Below are positions 49,696 through 59,669 of a DNA stretch of 64,000 bases, piece by piece. Source of the DNA: an uncultured delta proteobacterium (GTDB taxonomy: Bacteria; Myxococcota; Myxococcia; Myxococcales; Myxococcaceae); the NCBI GenBank assembly GCA_963796055.1, contig CAWCKH010000004.1, forward strand, positions 1,792,001 to 1,856,000, given 5' to 3'. The notes under the pieces were generated by a model. It saw only the letters and a list, made by a program, of their open reading frames with translations. It was not told the origin of the DNA and ran no database searches. Within the stretch, counting starts at the first letter, position 1. Every line of letters starts with the position of its first letter. The translations under genes and the position numbers were made by a program.

Positions 49696-52340
49696 CACCA
49701 CGTCCCCTTGATGCCCAGGATGGGCACGATCGGAAGGCCCTCGAACTGGGCGCTCTGCGCGTAGTTGTAGCTGTACTGCGTGCCCTCGACGCTCCGGGTG
49801 TTGGTCACGTTCTGGATGTCCAGGTAGAGGTCGAGCGACCAGTTGTCGAAGACCCAGATCTTGTCGATCCGCACGTCGAGCTGGGCGAAGTTCGGGAGCC
49901 GGTACGAGTTCACCGGTCCGTACAGCGGCACGTAGCTGTCGGTGAGGTCGTCCTTCACCGCCCCCACCACCGGCGTGCGTGGATTGCCGGTGGCGTAGCG
50001 GAACCGGCCGCCGATCTCCCATCCCGCGCCGAGCTTGTAGCTGGCAATGGCGGTGAGCACGTGCGTCTGGTCGAAGTCGAACAGCCTCCAGGTCGCGCCC
50101 GGGCGGTCGATGCGCTCGCTCTTGGAGAAGGTGTAGGCGATCCACCCGAACAGCCGCTTGGTCAACGCCTGCCGGAAGAGCACCTCGAACCCGTAGATGC
50201 GGCCCCGGCCCTCGTTGACCAGGTTTTGGGGAACCAGCTGCCCATTCCGCTCGATGAGCGCGCTGGTGCTGACCGGCATGTCCCAGAGCCGGTTGTAGAA
50301 GCCCTCGAGGCTCAGGAAGAGGTCGGGGCGGATGTTCCACTCCACGCCCAGGCTGGTCTGCAGCGCATAGTGGCTCCCCAGGTCCGGGTTGCCGAACACC
50401 GGGTCCGCCTCGCCGGCCTGGAGCGAAGGCGGGGCGTGGTAGAGCCCGACACCGGCCTTGAGCGTCACCTCGGGCGCCACGGTCCAGCGCACCGCCAGCC
50501 GCGGGTCCGCCGTCAGGAGCGGCCTCTGCTGGAGCCGGATGGTGACGACGTCCAGCCGCACGCCCGGGACGAGGAGCAGGTTGGGGAAGGGACGTAGCCG
50601 CAGCTCGGTCCACAGCCCGAGCTGGCTCTGCCAGAACGGTGAATCGGCGTAGAGCAGCTGGCGGGTGGGCCCGAAGTAGGAGGGCTCGCCCTCGCGCGGC
50701 GCCTGACCGAGCACGGCGCGGATCGTCCCATGGGTGTACGTCCAGTCCACGCCCACCGCGGGGGTGATCCCTTCGGCGAGCCGCAGCTCGGCGGTGCTCC
50801 GCAGCGCCCAGGTGCTCACGCCGAGCGTGAGTCCGCGCTCTCCGCCGATGTTGAGGTCCACCTCGGTCCGATCGAAGCCGCCGATGCTGTCCACCCGCCA
50901 CGCTCCGTCGACGAAGGTGTGCCGCAGCCGGAACTGGTTGAACCCGGTCTCGTTCTTGAAGTCGCGGCCGAGGGTGGGATCACCCGCGAGGGAGCTCTTG
51001 GTGATGAGCTCCAGCGCGTCCTGGCTGTGGAGCCCGAGCAGCTGAAAGGTGTTCTTCCCGTTCGGCTTCCAGGTCAGCTTGAGCTGCGCGTCGTCGTACC
51101 GGGGCGCGACGGTGAAGCTCGGCGAGTCCTCCTTGAGGAACAGCGGCAGGATGAGGTCGATGTACGAGCGCCGGTACGCTGCGGCGATGCTCAGGGTGTC
51201 GGTGATCGGCGTCTCGAGGACGACGTTGGCGTTGTAGGCGTTGACCTCGAGCACCCCGTGGAACCCGTCGGTCTTCGGATTCCGGCTCTTCACGTCCACC
51301 ACTCCGCCCACCACGCCGCCGTAGTAGGTGGAGAAGTTGCCCGGCAGGTAGTCCACCGACTCGAGCAGCTCGCTGTTGTACACCGCGGTCAGCCCTCCGA
51401 AGTGGAAGAGCAGGGGGATGCGCTCGCCGTCGAGGAAGATGCCCGAGTCACGCGGGCTGGTGCCGCGGATGACGATCAGTCCGCCGTTCAGCGGGGGCCG
51501 GGCCACCCCCGGGAGGTTCTGGATGACCTTCAGCGCGTCGCCAGTGGTGCCGGGGATCCGCTGGATCTCCTGGAGCGAGATGGTGGTCTGGCTGACCTCC
51601 TTCTTCTCGCGCGCGCCCCGCACCACCGTCTCGTAAGGGGAGAAGAAGGTGCGGAGCACGTGGTAGGTGGCCTGCGTCTGCTGCCCGGGATCGATGCGCT
51701 CGGTGGTCTCGAAGCGCTGGAACTCGCTGGCGGTGATGACCACCTGCACGTTGCCCGGGGGCAGGTCGCGAAACGCGAACTGCCCGCGCTCGTCGGTGAC
51801 GGCGCTCATCCCCAGCGCGGGGAGCGCCACCTCGGCCCCGGCGAGCGGCCTCCGGTTGCCGCGCTCGAGGACGCGGCCGGTGAAGTTCACCGGCCCCTCC
51901 TGCTTGACCTGGGCCTGCGGGGCCCGCAGCACGAAGTCGTAGGCGTAGGTGATGCGCACCGCGCTCGGCTTGCCGTCGATCTCCGCGGGCGTGAAGCGGA
52001 ACTGGCGGATCGCCGCGAGCGCCGCCTCGTCGAAGCCGTGCCCGGCGGGCTCCACGACCTCGGCGCGGGTCACCTCCCCCGTCGCCGAGATGTCGATGCT
52101 CAGCAGGACCCGCCCCTCGAGCTTCTGGGCCTCCGCCTCGGGTGGGTAGGCCGCCTCGACGAAGCGCTCCACCGCGGGGGGTCTGGTCAGCAACGGCTCC
52201 GGGGGCTTCGCCGCCTCGCCGGCAGGGGCAGGGGCAGGGGCGGGCTCGCCCGGCGGTGGAGGCGTCTGGGCGAGCGCCAGCGCCGGAGCACAGACCAGCG
52301 CTGTCACCCACCAGGCCCGGGGCCGCCTCGACACGCTCAC
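49695..52340 (-). CDS. TonB-dependent receptor with fused N-terminal TonB-C and carboxypeptidase-regulatory-like domains
   Basis: AYPPEA...GFDEAALAAIRQFRFTPA (TonB-C), plug GDALKVIQNLPGV, barrel ending IKGTW. Confidence 0.88.
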   Translation of the reverse strand: MSVSRRPRAWWVTALVCAPALALAQTPPPPGEPAPAPAPAGEAAKPPEPLLTRPPAVERFVEAAYPPEAEAQKLEGRVLLSIDISATGEVTRAEVVEPAGHGFDEAALAAIRQFRFTPAEIDGKPSAVRITYAYDFVLRAPQAQVKQEGPVNFTGRVLERGNRRPLAGAEVALPALGMSAVTDERGQFAFRDLPPGNVQVVITASEFQRFETTERIDPGQQTQATYHVLRTFFSPYETVVRGAREKKEVSQTTISLQEIQRIPGTTGDALKVIQNLPGVARPPLNGGLIVIRGTSPRDSGIFLDGERIPLLFHFGGLTAVYNSELLESVDYLPGNFSTYYGGVVGGVVDVKSRNPKTDGFHGVLEVNAYNANVVLETPITDTLSIAAAYRRSYIDLILPLFLKEDSPSFTVAPRYDDAQLKLTWKPNGKNTFQLLGLHSQDALELITKSSLAGDPTLGRDFKNETGFNQFRLRHTFVDGAWRVDSIGGFDRTEVDLNIGGERGLTLGVSTWALRSTAELRLAEGITPAVGVDWTYTHGTIRAVLGQAPREGEPSYFGPTRQLLYADSPFWQSQLGLWTELRLRPFPNLLLVPGVRLDVVTIRLQQRPLLTADPRLAVRWTVAPEVTLKAGVGLYHAPPSLQAGEADPVFGNPDLGSHYALQTSLGVEWNIRPDLFLSLEGFYNRLWDMPVSTSALIERNGQLVPQNLVNEGRGRIYGFEVLFRQALTKRLFGWIAYTFSKSERIDRPGATWRLFDFDQTHVLTAIASYKLGAGWEIGGRFRYATGNPRTPVVGAVKDDLTDSYVPLYGPVNSYRLPNFAQLDVRIDKIWVFDNWSLDLYLDIQNVTNTRSVEGTQYSYNYAQSAQFEGLPIVPILGIKGTW

Positions 52341-52450
52341 CCTCTCCCGCGCGCGGAACCCTCGGGCCCCGGGCGCCTTGGCGGACAGGTGATGCCCGCT
52401 CCGACCCGCCCAGGCAACGAGAACCGGTGCGAGGAGTCGGGATTCCCTCT

Positions 52451-53245
52451 TCAGGGCGAGGTCGGCCGGGGAGCGCCTGGCGTTTCCGACTCCGACACCA
52501 GCAGGACGCGCCCCCCGAGCGACGGCCCGGCCGGGCTGAACGGTGCTCCCGTGCCCGGATGGTATGCGGCCTGGAACCGCAGCCCCACGCTCTCCATCAA
52601 CCGCACCAGCTCGGTGATGGTGTACACCCGGACGGAGGCTGACTTCTGGCCCGAGCCGCGGGGACCCGCCCAGAACCAGGTGGTCTCGACCCTGCCGGCG
52701 ACCGGATCGAACCGGGGCTGCTCGAGCAGCAGCGTCCCGTCGGGCAGACGATGCGCGGGGGTCGACTCCCGGGAGAGCCGCGCGGCCAGGACGTCGCGGT
52801 GATTCGTGTCCACGACCACCTTCCCCCCGGGCCTCACCGCGGCGGCGAGGGTCCCGAGGATGGCCGCGTCGTCGGCCTCGGTGCCGTACCCCAGCGAGCT
52901 GAACAGGCTCAGGGCGACGTCGAACCCCGAGTCCGCCAGCGGCGCTCGCAGGTCCTGCCGGAGGAAACGGAGCCGCGCGGCATCGAGGTCACCGCGCCGG
53001 CGTTCCGCCTCTGCCAGGAGCGGAGCAGATTGGTCCACCCCGAGGACGCGCGCACCCAGCCGGGCGAGCGGGAGGCTCACCCGCCCGTACCCGCAGCCGG
53101 CGTCGAGCACCCGGCACCCCTCGGAGAGGCCGAGGATTCGCCACAGCGCCGCGGCCAGCTCCTCCCCGGGTCCCGACACCTCGGCCCACAGGCGCAGGTA
53201 GTCCTCGTCGAAGAACTGCTCCCACCAGGGGCCGACGCTGGTCAT
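52451..53245 (-). CDS. Class I SAM-dependent methyltransferase
   Basis: VLDAGCGYGR, GVDQS, FSSLGY, RPGG. Confidence 0.85.
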   Translation of the reverse strand: MTSVGPWWEQFFDEDYLRLWAEVSGPGEELAAALWRILGLSEGCRVLDAGCGYGRVSLPLARLGARVLGVDQSAPLLAEAERRRGDLDAARLRFLRQDLRAPLADSGFDVALSLFSSLGYGTEADDAAILGTLAAAVRPGGKVVVDTNHRDVLAARLSRESTPAHRLPDGTLLLEQPRFDPVAGRVETTWFWAGPRGSGQKSASVRVYTITELVRLMESVGLRFQAAYHPGTGAPFSPAGPSLGGRVLLVSESETPGAPRPTSP

Positions 53246-53264
53246 GGCCAGCGGCCGCCGGGAC

Positions 53265-55047
53265 TCACTTCAGACGGGAGAGGAGCAGCTTGCGCTGGAG
53301 CTGGAGCGTCTCCGGCGCGGTCTTGCCCAGCATCTCGAAGAACTCGCCCTCGTCGGTGAGCTCCTTCTTCCACTCGTCGTCGTGGATGGCGGTGGCCTCG
53401 TCCACCTTCTCGTGCGGGATGTCCAGCCCCGAGAGGTCCAGGTCACCGGCCTTGGGGACCCAGCCGAAGAAGGTCTCCTGGCCGCCGACGCGGACGTGCG
53501 CCCGGTCGACGATCCACTTCAGCACCCGCATGTTCTCGCCGAAGCCCGGCCAGAGGAACTTGCCGTCCTTCCCCTTCCGGAACCAGTTCACCTGGAAGAG
53601 CTTGGGCGGGTACGGAATCTTCTTCTGCATGTCCAGCCAGTGCTGGAGGTACTCGCCCATGTTGTACCCGCAGAAGGGGAGCATCGCCATCGGGTCGCGG
53701 CGCACGACGCCGACCTTCCCGGTCGCGGCAGCGGTGGTCTCCGAGCCGAGCGTGGCGCCGAGGAACACGCCGTGGGCCCAGTTGAAGCTCTGGAGCACCA
53801 GGGGAATGGTGGTCGCCCGGCGCCCGCCGAAGACGATCGCGCTGATCGGCACGCCCTCGGGGTCGTTGACGTGCTTGCTCAGCACCGGGTTGTTGGTCAT
53901 CGGCGCGGTGAAGCGCGAGTTGGGGTGGGCGGCCTTCTCGGTCGAACCCTTCTTCCAGGGCCGCCCCTGCCAGTCGGTGAGCTCGTCGGGGACCTCGCCG
54001 TCGATCCCCTCCCACCACACGTCACCGTCCTTGGTCATCGCGACGTTGGTGAAGATGGTGTCCCGGGCGATGGTCTTCATCGCGTTCGGGTTGGAGGCGA
54101 AGTTGGTGCCGGGCGCGACGCCGAAGTATCCGTTCTCCGGGTTGACCGCCCACAGCCGGCCGTCCTTGCCGACCCGCATCCAGGCGATGTCGTCGCCCAC
54201 GGTCCAGACCTTCCACCCCGCGAACCGCCTGGGGGGAATCATCATCGCGAAGTTGGTCTTCCCGCAGGCCGAGGGGAACGCACCGGTCACGTAGGTCATC
54301 TGACCGTCGGGGCTCTCGACGCCGAGGATCAGCATGTGCTCGGCGAACCAGCCCTCGTCCTTGCCCAGCCAGCTGCCGATGCGGAGGGCGAGGCACTTCT
54401 TGCCCAGCAGCGCGTTGCCGCCGTAGCCGGAGCCGAAGCTCCAGATGGTGTTGTCCTCGGGGAAATGACAGATGTACCGGCGCTCGGGGTTGAGATCGCC
54501 CGGTGCAGTGCAGGCCCCGGTTGAAGTCGTTGGAGTCGCCGAGCATGTCCAGCGCGGCCTTCCCCATGCGGGTCATGATCCGCATGTTGAGGACGACGTA
54601 GACGCTGTCGGTGATCTCGATGCCCACCTTCGAGATCGGCGAGCCGATCGGCCCCATGACATACGGGATGACGTACAGGGTCCGGCCCTTCATCGAGCCG
54701 TCGAAGAGCTTGGTCAGCTTCCCGTAGGCCTCGTCGGGAGGCATCCAGTTGTTGGTCGGCCCCGCGGCCTCCTTGGTCCTGGTGCAGATGAAGGTGAGGT
54801 GCTCCACCCGCGCCACGTCGTTGGGGTTCGAGCGGTGGAGGTAGCAGCCTGGCCGCTTCTGCGGATTGAGTGGGATCAGCACTCCGGTGTCGACCGCATG
54901 CTTCGTGAGGCGCTCCTTCTCGGCCTCCGACCCGTCGCACCACACGACGCGGTCCGGCTGGACGAGCGCGGCGCAATCGCGCACCCAGTCGAGCAGAGCC
55001 TTGTTCCGAGTCAGCGTCGTCGCGCTCCCGTCAATCTGGCTCGCCAT
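53265..55047 (-). CDS. pckG: Phosphoenolpyruvate carboxykinase (GTP), frameshift near 54500
   Basis: DVARVE and TDSVYVV in the N-part; [43 protein letters not shown] and AHPNSRF in the C-part. Confidence 0.93.
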
Positions 55048-55314
55048 CAGTTCATCTCCCAAACGAATCCGTCCGGAGGGCCGTGTCTAATACATGCTCC
55101 GGGGGGTTGTGCCCGAATGTGTCGCTGAACCAGGGCGGCGCATCGGGTGAAGCACCTTGTGCGCTCATCCGGTGGATAAGCAAGGCCTGCGCGTGCTGAC
55201 GCGGCGCGAAAGCGCAGCGCATCGAACGCGGCCCGGGCTCGGCGGGCGAGCGCCGCAGGAGCAACGTGGCGTGCTCGGCCCTCGATGCCTCGGCAAGGCG
55301 CCCGGCGCGGTGTC

Positions 55315-55356
55315 AGACACCTCTGTCGAGACACCTCTGTCGAGACACCTCTGTCG
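55315..55356. repeat. Three perfect tandem 14-bp repeats (AGACACCTCTGTCG)
   Basis: Copies at 55315, 55329 and 55343, each containing GACA-N4-TGTC; intergenic. Confidence 0.9.
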
Positions 55357-55556
55357 ACCGGTGCACGCGACCTGCTGGCCTGCTTCTGTGCCCTGCTCGT
55401 CACCGCCAGTCATCGAGCGGGGGTCTGTCCCGGCGTGCCCTTCGCACGAGCTCCTCCGGATCACGCGATTGTCGCCTCGGGACCCGCGCGCGTGGTGTGC
55501 GTGCGGGTGTGCCGGGCGGGGCCGTCAGGTGGGGACTGCTAACATCCGCCGCCCCG

Positions 55557-56999
55557 ATGGCTCTCCCTGCCGTGTCCTCCGGTTCCGAGACCCTGACCTA
55601 CACCCGTGACCACTCGAAGCGCCGCGCGCTGATCGGCTCGATCATCACCGGCACCACCATCGAGTGGTACGACTTCTACCTCTTCGGGACGCTGGGGGCG
55701 GTCATCGGGCCGCACTTCTTCCCGACCAGCAATGCCATCGTGGGGTGGCTCACCTGGCTCGCGACCTATGCCACCGGCTTTCTCATTCGACCTGTCGGGG
55801 CCGTGTACTTCGGACGGATGGGAGATCTCCGGGGGAGGAAGAGCGCCTTCCTCGCGACCCTGCTCCTGATGGGCGGAGCGACCACGGCCATCGGCCTGCT
55901 GCCAGGTTACGCGAAGATCGGGTGGGTTGCTCCGGCGCTGCTGGTCTTGATGAGACTGTTGCAGGGATTCGCTCTCGGCGGCGAATACGGCGGCGCGGTC
56001 ATCTACGTGGCCGAGAACGTCCCGGACGGCGAGCGCGGCTACTACACCAGCTACGTGCAAGTCACGGCAACGCTCGGGCTGTTCATCTCCATGCTCGTGC
56101 TCATGGCGGTCCGGACCTTCCTCGGTCCGGCGGAGTTCGCGGCCCGGGGATGGCGGCTTCCGTTCGTCTTCTCGCTGTTCCTGCTCGGCATCGCGGGCTG
56201 GGTTCGATCCCAGCTGGCCGAGTCCCCGCTCTGGGAACGGCTCCGGCGCGAGAACCGACTGGCGCGCGAACCACTGGTCGAGGCGGGACGGAACTGGAAG
56301 AAGCTGGCCCTGGCCCTCTTCGCCGCCACCGCCGGTCAGGGCGTCATTTGGTACACCGCCCAGTTCTTCTCGCTGCAGTTCATGACCAAGATGATCGGGG
56401 TCCCATTGGAGAAGGCCACGCTCATCCTCGCGGTGGCGCTCCTGTGCGGAATGCCGTTCTTCGTGGTCTTCGGCGCGCTGTCCGACGTCATCGGCCGCAA
56501 GCGGCTCATCGTGGTGGGCAATCTGCTCGCGGCGATCGGGTTCTTCCCCATCTACGTCGCGATGCAGAAGGTCTCCCATCCGCTGAACGAGGTGGCGATG
56601 ACCGCCCTGCTCTTCGTCCAGCTGCTCCTGGTCACGATGACCTACGGGCCGATCGCCGCCTTCCTGGTCGAGCTCTTCCCGGCCCGCTCGCGGTACGTCT
56701 CGCTCTCCATCCCGTACCACCTGGGCAACGGCATCTTCGGCGGGCTCACCGGGTACCTCGCCACGAGGATCGCGGTGGGCGCGAACAACATGTTCGTCGG
56801 GCTGGCGTTCCCTTGTACCGTGGCGCTGATCACCGCCGTGCTCGGAGCGCTCTTCCTGCCCGAGACGTCGAGGACCCGCATCTGGGCCGAAGTGCGCCAG
56901 CACGCGGGTTCCGGAACCGGTCCGTACCCGACCCGCGAGCCCACCGGCCCGCACGTGCGTCCTCCGAGCGGCGTCCACCTCGTCCCGCCGGAAGCCTGA
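55557..56999 (+). CDS. MFS transporter, MHS (metabolite:H+) family
   Basis: GTTIEWYDF, FGRMGDLRGRK, QGFALGGEYGGA, SDVIGRK, ELFPARSRY. Confidence 0.9.
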   Translation: MALPAVSSGSETLTYTRDHSKRRALIGSIITGTTIEWYDFYLFGTLGAVIGPHFFPTSNAIVGWLTWLATYATGFLIRPVGAVYFGRMGDLRGRKSAFLATLLLMGGATTAIGLLPGYAKIGWVAPALLVLMRLLQGFALGGEYGGAVIYVAENVPDGERGYYTSYVQVTATLGLFISMLVLMAVRTFLGPAEFAARGWRLPFVFSLFLLGIAGWVRSQLAESPLWERLRRENRLAREPLVEAGRNWKKLALALFAATAGQGVIWYTAQFFSLQFMTKMIGVPLEKATLILAVALLCGMPFFVVFGALSDVIGRKRLIVVGNLLAAIGFFPIYVAMQKVSHPLNEVAMTALLFVQLLLVTMTYGPIAAFLVELFPARSRYVSLSIPYHLGNGIFGGLTGYLATRIAVGANNMFVGLAFPCTVALITAVLGALFLPETSRTRIWAEVRQHAGSGTGPYPTREPTGPHVRPPSGVHLVPPEA

Positions 57000-57018
57000 G
57001 GAGGCGCCTCCCCGGCGT

Positions 57019-57618
57019 TCAGTGAATCGCCGCGCGGATCGGCAGGCGGCGGACGAGCTCCGCCTCCGCCGCGAGGAGCTGCTCCAGCCGGACCGGCACT
57101 GCCTCCCCGTGCACCCGCGAGGCCAGGCGCAGGAACAGCGTCTGGTGACCGTCCTCGCTCCGCGCGAGCTCGCCGTAGAACCGGCGCAGGTCGGCGTCGG
57201 GGAGCCCCTCGGCGAGCAGCCCTAGGCGCTCGCAGCTCCGGGCCTCGATGATCGCGGCGACCAGGAACCGGTCCAGCTGCCGCTGGGCCGCGGGCGTCCG
57301 AACCAGGTCTTGAAGACCCTGGGCGTACGGATCTCCGGGGTCACGGCCGAGCGCCAGGCCCCGCCGCTCGAGCAGCTGGAGCACCCGCGCCAGGTGACTG
57401 CTCTCCTCCCGCGCCAGCCGCGCCATCTGCCCGGGCAGCCCCGGTACCTCGGGGTAGACCTGCAGCAACGACAGCGCGTTCGCCGCCGCCTTCTTCTCGC
57501 AGTGGGCGTGGTCGATCAGCACCTGGTCGAGGTGCCTGAGCGCCTGCCGGAGCCAGCGCGGATCCGTCTCGCAGCGGAGCGTGACGCGGGCGCCGTCGGC
57601 CGGAATCCGGGAGCTCAT
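57019..57618 (-). CDS. miaE: tRNA-(ms2io6A) hydroxylase
   Basis: DHAHCEKKAA, AREESSH, IEARSCER, SEDGH. Confidence 0.88.
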   Translation of the reverse strand: MSSRIPADGARVTLRCETDPRWLRQALRHLDQVLIDHAHCEKKAAANALSLLQVYPEVPGLPGQMARLAREESSHLARVLQLLERRGLALGRDPGDPYAQGLQDLVRTPAAQRQLDRFLVAAIIEARSCERLGLLAEGLPDADLRRFYGELARSEDGHQTLFLRLASRVHGEAVPVRLEQLLAAEAELVRRLPIRAAIH

Positions 57619-57668
57619 CGCCCGGGGGTCCTACCGCGCCCCGGGTCCGGCCGTCACCAGGGAGGGCC

Positions 57669-58616
57669 TCAGCGGAACAGGATCCGCTGGACGTGGTCCG
57701 GGTCCACCGGCACCGGCGCCCGCGGGAGCCGATCCAGCGCGAACCCGGACACCAGCGACTCGAGCGAGACGGGCCCTCCGTCGCCCAGCCCTGCCCATCC
57801 GGCGAGCAGACCGATGAGGCGCCCGGGGGCCACGCCCCGTTCCCGCAGCTCGCGGAGGCTCGGCGTCCCGGCGCGCTTCGCGAGCCGCTTGCCATCCGGG
57901 CCGAGGAGCAGCGGGACGTGCGCGTACGCCGGTACCGGAAGCCCGAGCGCCTGGCAAAGCTGCACCTGCCGCGGGGTGGAGGCGAGCAGGTCGTCGCCGC
58001 GGAGCACGTGGGTGATGCCCATTGCGGCGTCGTCGACCACCACCGCCAGCTGGTAGCTGGGGACCCCGTCGTTCCGGAGAACCACGAAGTCGCCCACCTC
58101 CTGCGCCACGTCCTGGACGAAGCTCCCGTGGAGCAGGTCGTGCACCTCGGTCGGTCCCTCATGCGGGCGGAAGCGCCATGCCGGGGGACGTCGTCGGGCC
58201 CGCTCGGCGCTCTCCTCCGCGGCGAGGCCCAGGCAGGTGCCCGGATAGCGTGGTCCCTCGTCGGCCGGGCCGTGGGGGGCGGCGACCGCGCGGGCAATCT
58301 CGCTCCGCGTGCAGTGACAGGGGTAGACCCGCCCGGCGGCCAGGAGCCGGTCGAGGGCACCCCGGTAGAGGGCCAGCCGCTCGCTCTGCCGGACGGGAGT
58401 GCCGTCGAAGCCGAGCCCGAGCCAGTGCAGGTCGGCGAGGAGCGCCTCGGTGAGCTCGGGTCGCGACCGTGCCGTGTCCAGGTCCTCGATGCGCAGGAGG
58501 AATTCCCCGCCCCGGGAGCGGGCCCACAGCCAGCCGAGCACCGCCGCCCAGGCATTGCCGAGGTGGAGCCGCCCGGTGGGACTCGGGGCGAACCGGCCGC
58601 GATGGGTCGCCGTCAC
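57669..58616 (-). CDS. gluQ: Glutamyl-queuosine tRNA(Asp) synthetase
   Basis: RFAPSPTGRLHLGN, RIEDLD, CHCTR, YQLAVVVDD, RLAKR; short, with no anticodon-binding domain. Confidence 0.9.
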   Translation of the reverse strand: MTATHRGRFAPSPTGRLHLGNAWAAVLGWLWARSRGGEFLLRIEDLDTARSRPELTEALLADLHWLGLGFDGTPVRQSERLALYRGALDRLLAAGRVYPCHCTRSEIARAVAAPHGPADEGPRYPGTCLGLAAEESAERARRRPPAWRFRPHEGPTEVHDLLHGSFVQDVAQEVGDFVVLRNDGVPSYQLAVVVDDAAMGITHVLRGDDLLASTPRQVQLCQALGLPVPAYAHVPLLLGPDGKRLAKRAGTPSLRELRERGVAPGRLIGLLAGWAGLGDGGPVSLESLVSGFALDRLPRAPVPVDPDHVQRILFR

Positions 58617-58686
58617 GCTATGGGAAGACGTGCCACACCCCCCCTGTGACCCGCAATCCCGACCTTTGCTAAGAGCCCGGCGCTCG

Positions 58687-59541
58687 ATGCGGTTCCTCCA
58701 CTTCTCCGACGTCCACGTCACCGCCGACTACCGGCAGAAGGGACTGCTGCGGCTCGGATGGCGCCGGTGGCTCGCCCTGGGGGAGCTGACGTTCGGCGGC
58801 CGGGCCCGGGCCTTCGCCCGCGCGCCACAGACCATCCGCCGCATCCTCCAGGACGCCACCACCCTCGAGGTGGACCACGCCATCCTCTCCGGAGACCTGA
58901 CCGCCTACGCGCTGCCCGAGGAGTTCCAGGGGGCGCGGGAAGCCCTGGGCGAGTGGGCGGATGAGCCGCGCCGCTTCACGGTCATCCCCGGGAACCACGA
59001 CCGGTACACCCCGGGCGCCCACCGCACCCGCCGCTTCGAGCAGAGCTTCGGGAACCTCCTGGTCTCCGACCTGCCCGACGTGGCGGTCGAGGAGGGCTTC
59101 CCGTTCGTGCGGCTCCTCGGCGAGCACGACGCGGTGATTGGGCTGCAGTCGGCCCGGGTGCCGTACTTCCCCGGGCTCTCGTACGGCATCGTGGGCCGGA
59201 GGCAGCGGGAAGCGCTGGCGGCGCTCGTTCGTCGCCCCGAGCTCGCCGGCCGCGCGGTGCTGGTGGTCGTCCACCACGCCCCCTTCGGACAGCTGGGCAA
59301 ACCCGACCGGTTGCTCCACGGCCTGGTCGACGCCCCGGCCCTCCTGGCGCTGCTCCCGGGCGAGCGGTTCGCGCTGCTTCACGGGCACATCCACCAGCGG
59401 TACCACTTTCCCGCCACCGAGCACCGGCCTCACATCTTCGGCGCGGGCTCGTCGACCGAGGCGGGGCACGAGGGCTACTGGCTCATCGAGACCTCGGGCG
59501 GGCGCATCGCCCACTGCGAGAAGCGAAGCCTCGCCGCCTGA
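58687..59541 (+). CDS. Calcineurin-like metallophosphoesterase
   Basis: SDVH, GDLT, GNHD, HH, GHIH. Confidence 0.88.
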   Translation: MRFLHFSDVHVTADYRQKGLLRLGWRRWLALGELTFGGRARAFARAPQTIRRILQDATTLEVDHAILSGDLTAYALPEEFQGAREALGEWADEPRRFTVIPGNHDRYTPGAHRTRRFEQSFGNLLVSDLPDVAVEEGFPFVRLLGEHDAVIGLQSARVPYFPGLSYGIVGRRQREALAALVRRPELAGRAVLVVVHHAPFGQLGKPDRLLHGLVDAPALLALLPGERFALLHGHIHQRYHFPATEHRPHIFGAGSSTEAGHEGYWLIETSGGRIAHCEKRSLAA

Positions 59542-59669
59542 CCGGCCCCCCTCGCAGCGAGCGCCGGCACGGGATCGCTCCAGAGGCCCGGGAAGCGCCC
59601 ACGGGCGGCGCAGAGCGAGGGCGCGGTGACGAGGCGACCGGGTGAGCGACGGGCGGGTGTCCCGGCCCA

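Noticed and set aside
55315..55356. CRISPR array
   Set aside because: 14-bp repeats with no spacers and no cas genes.
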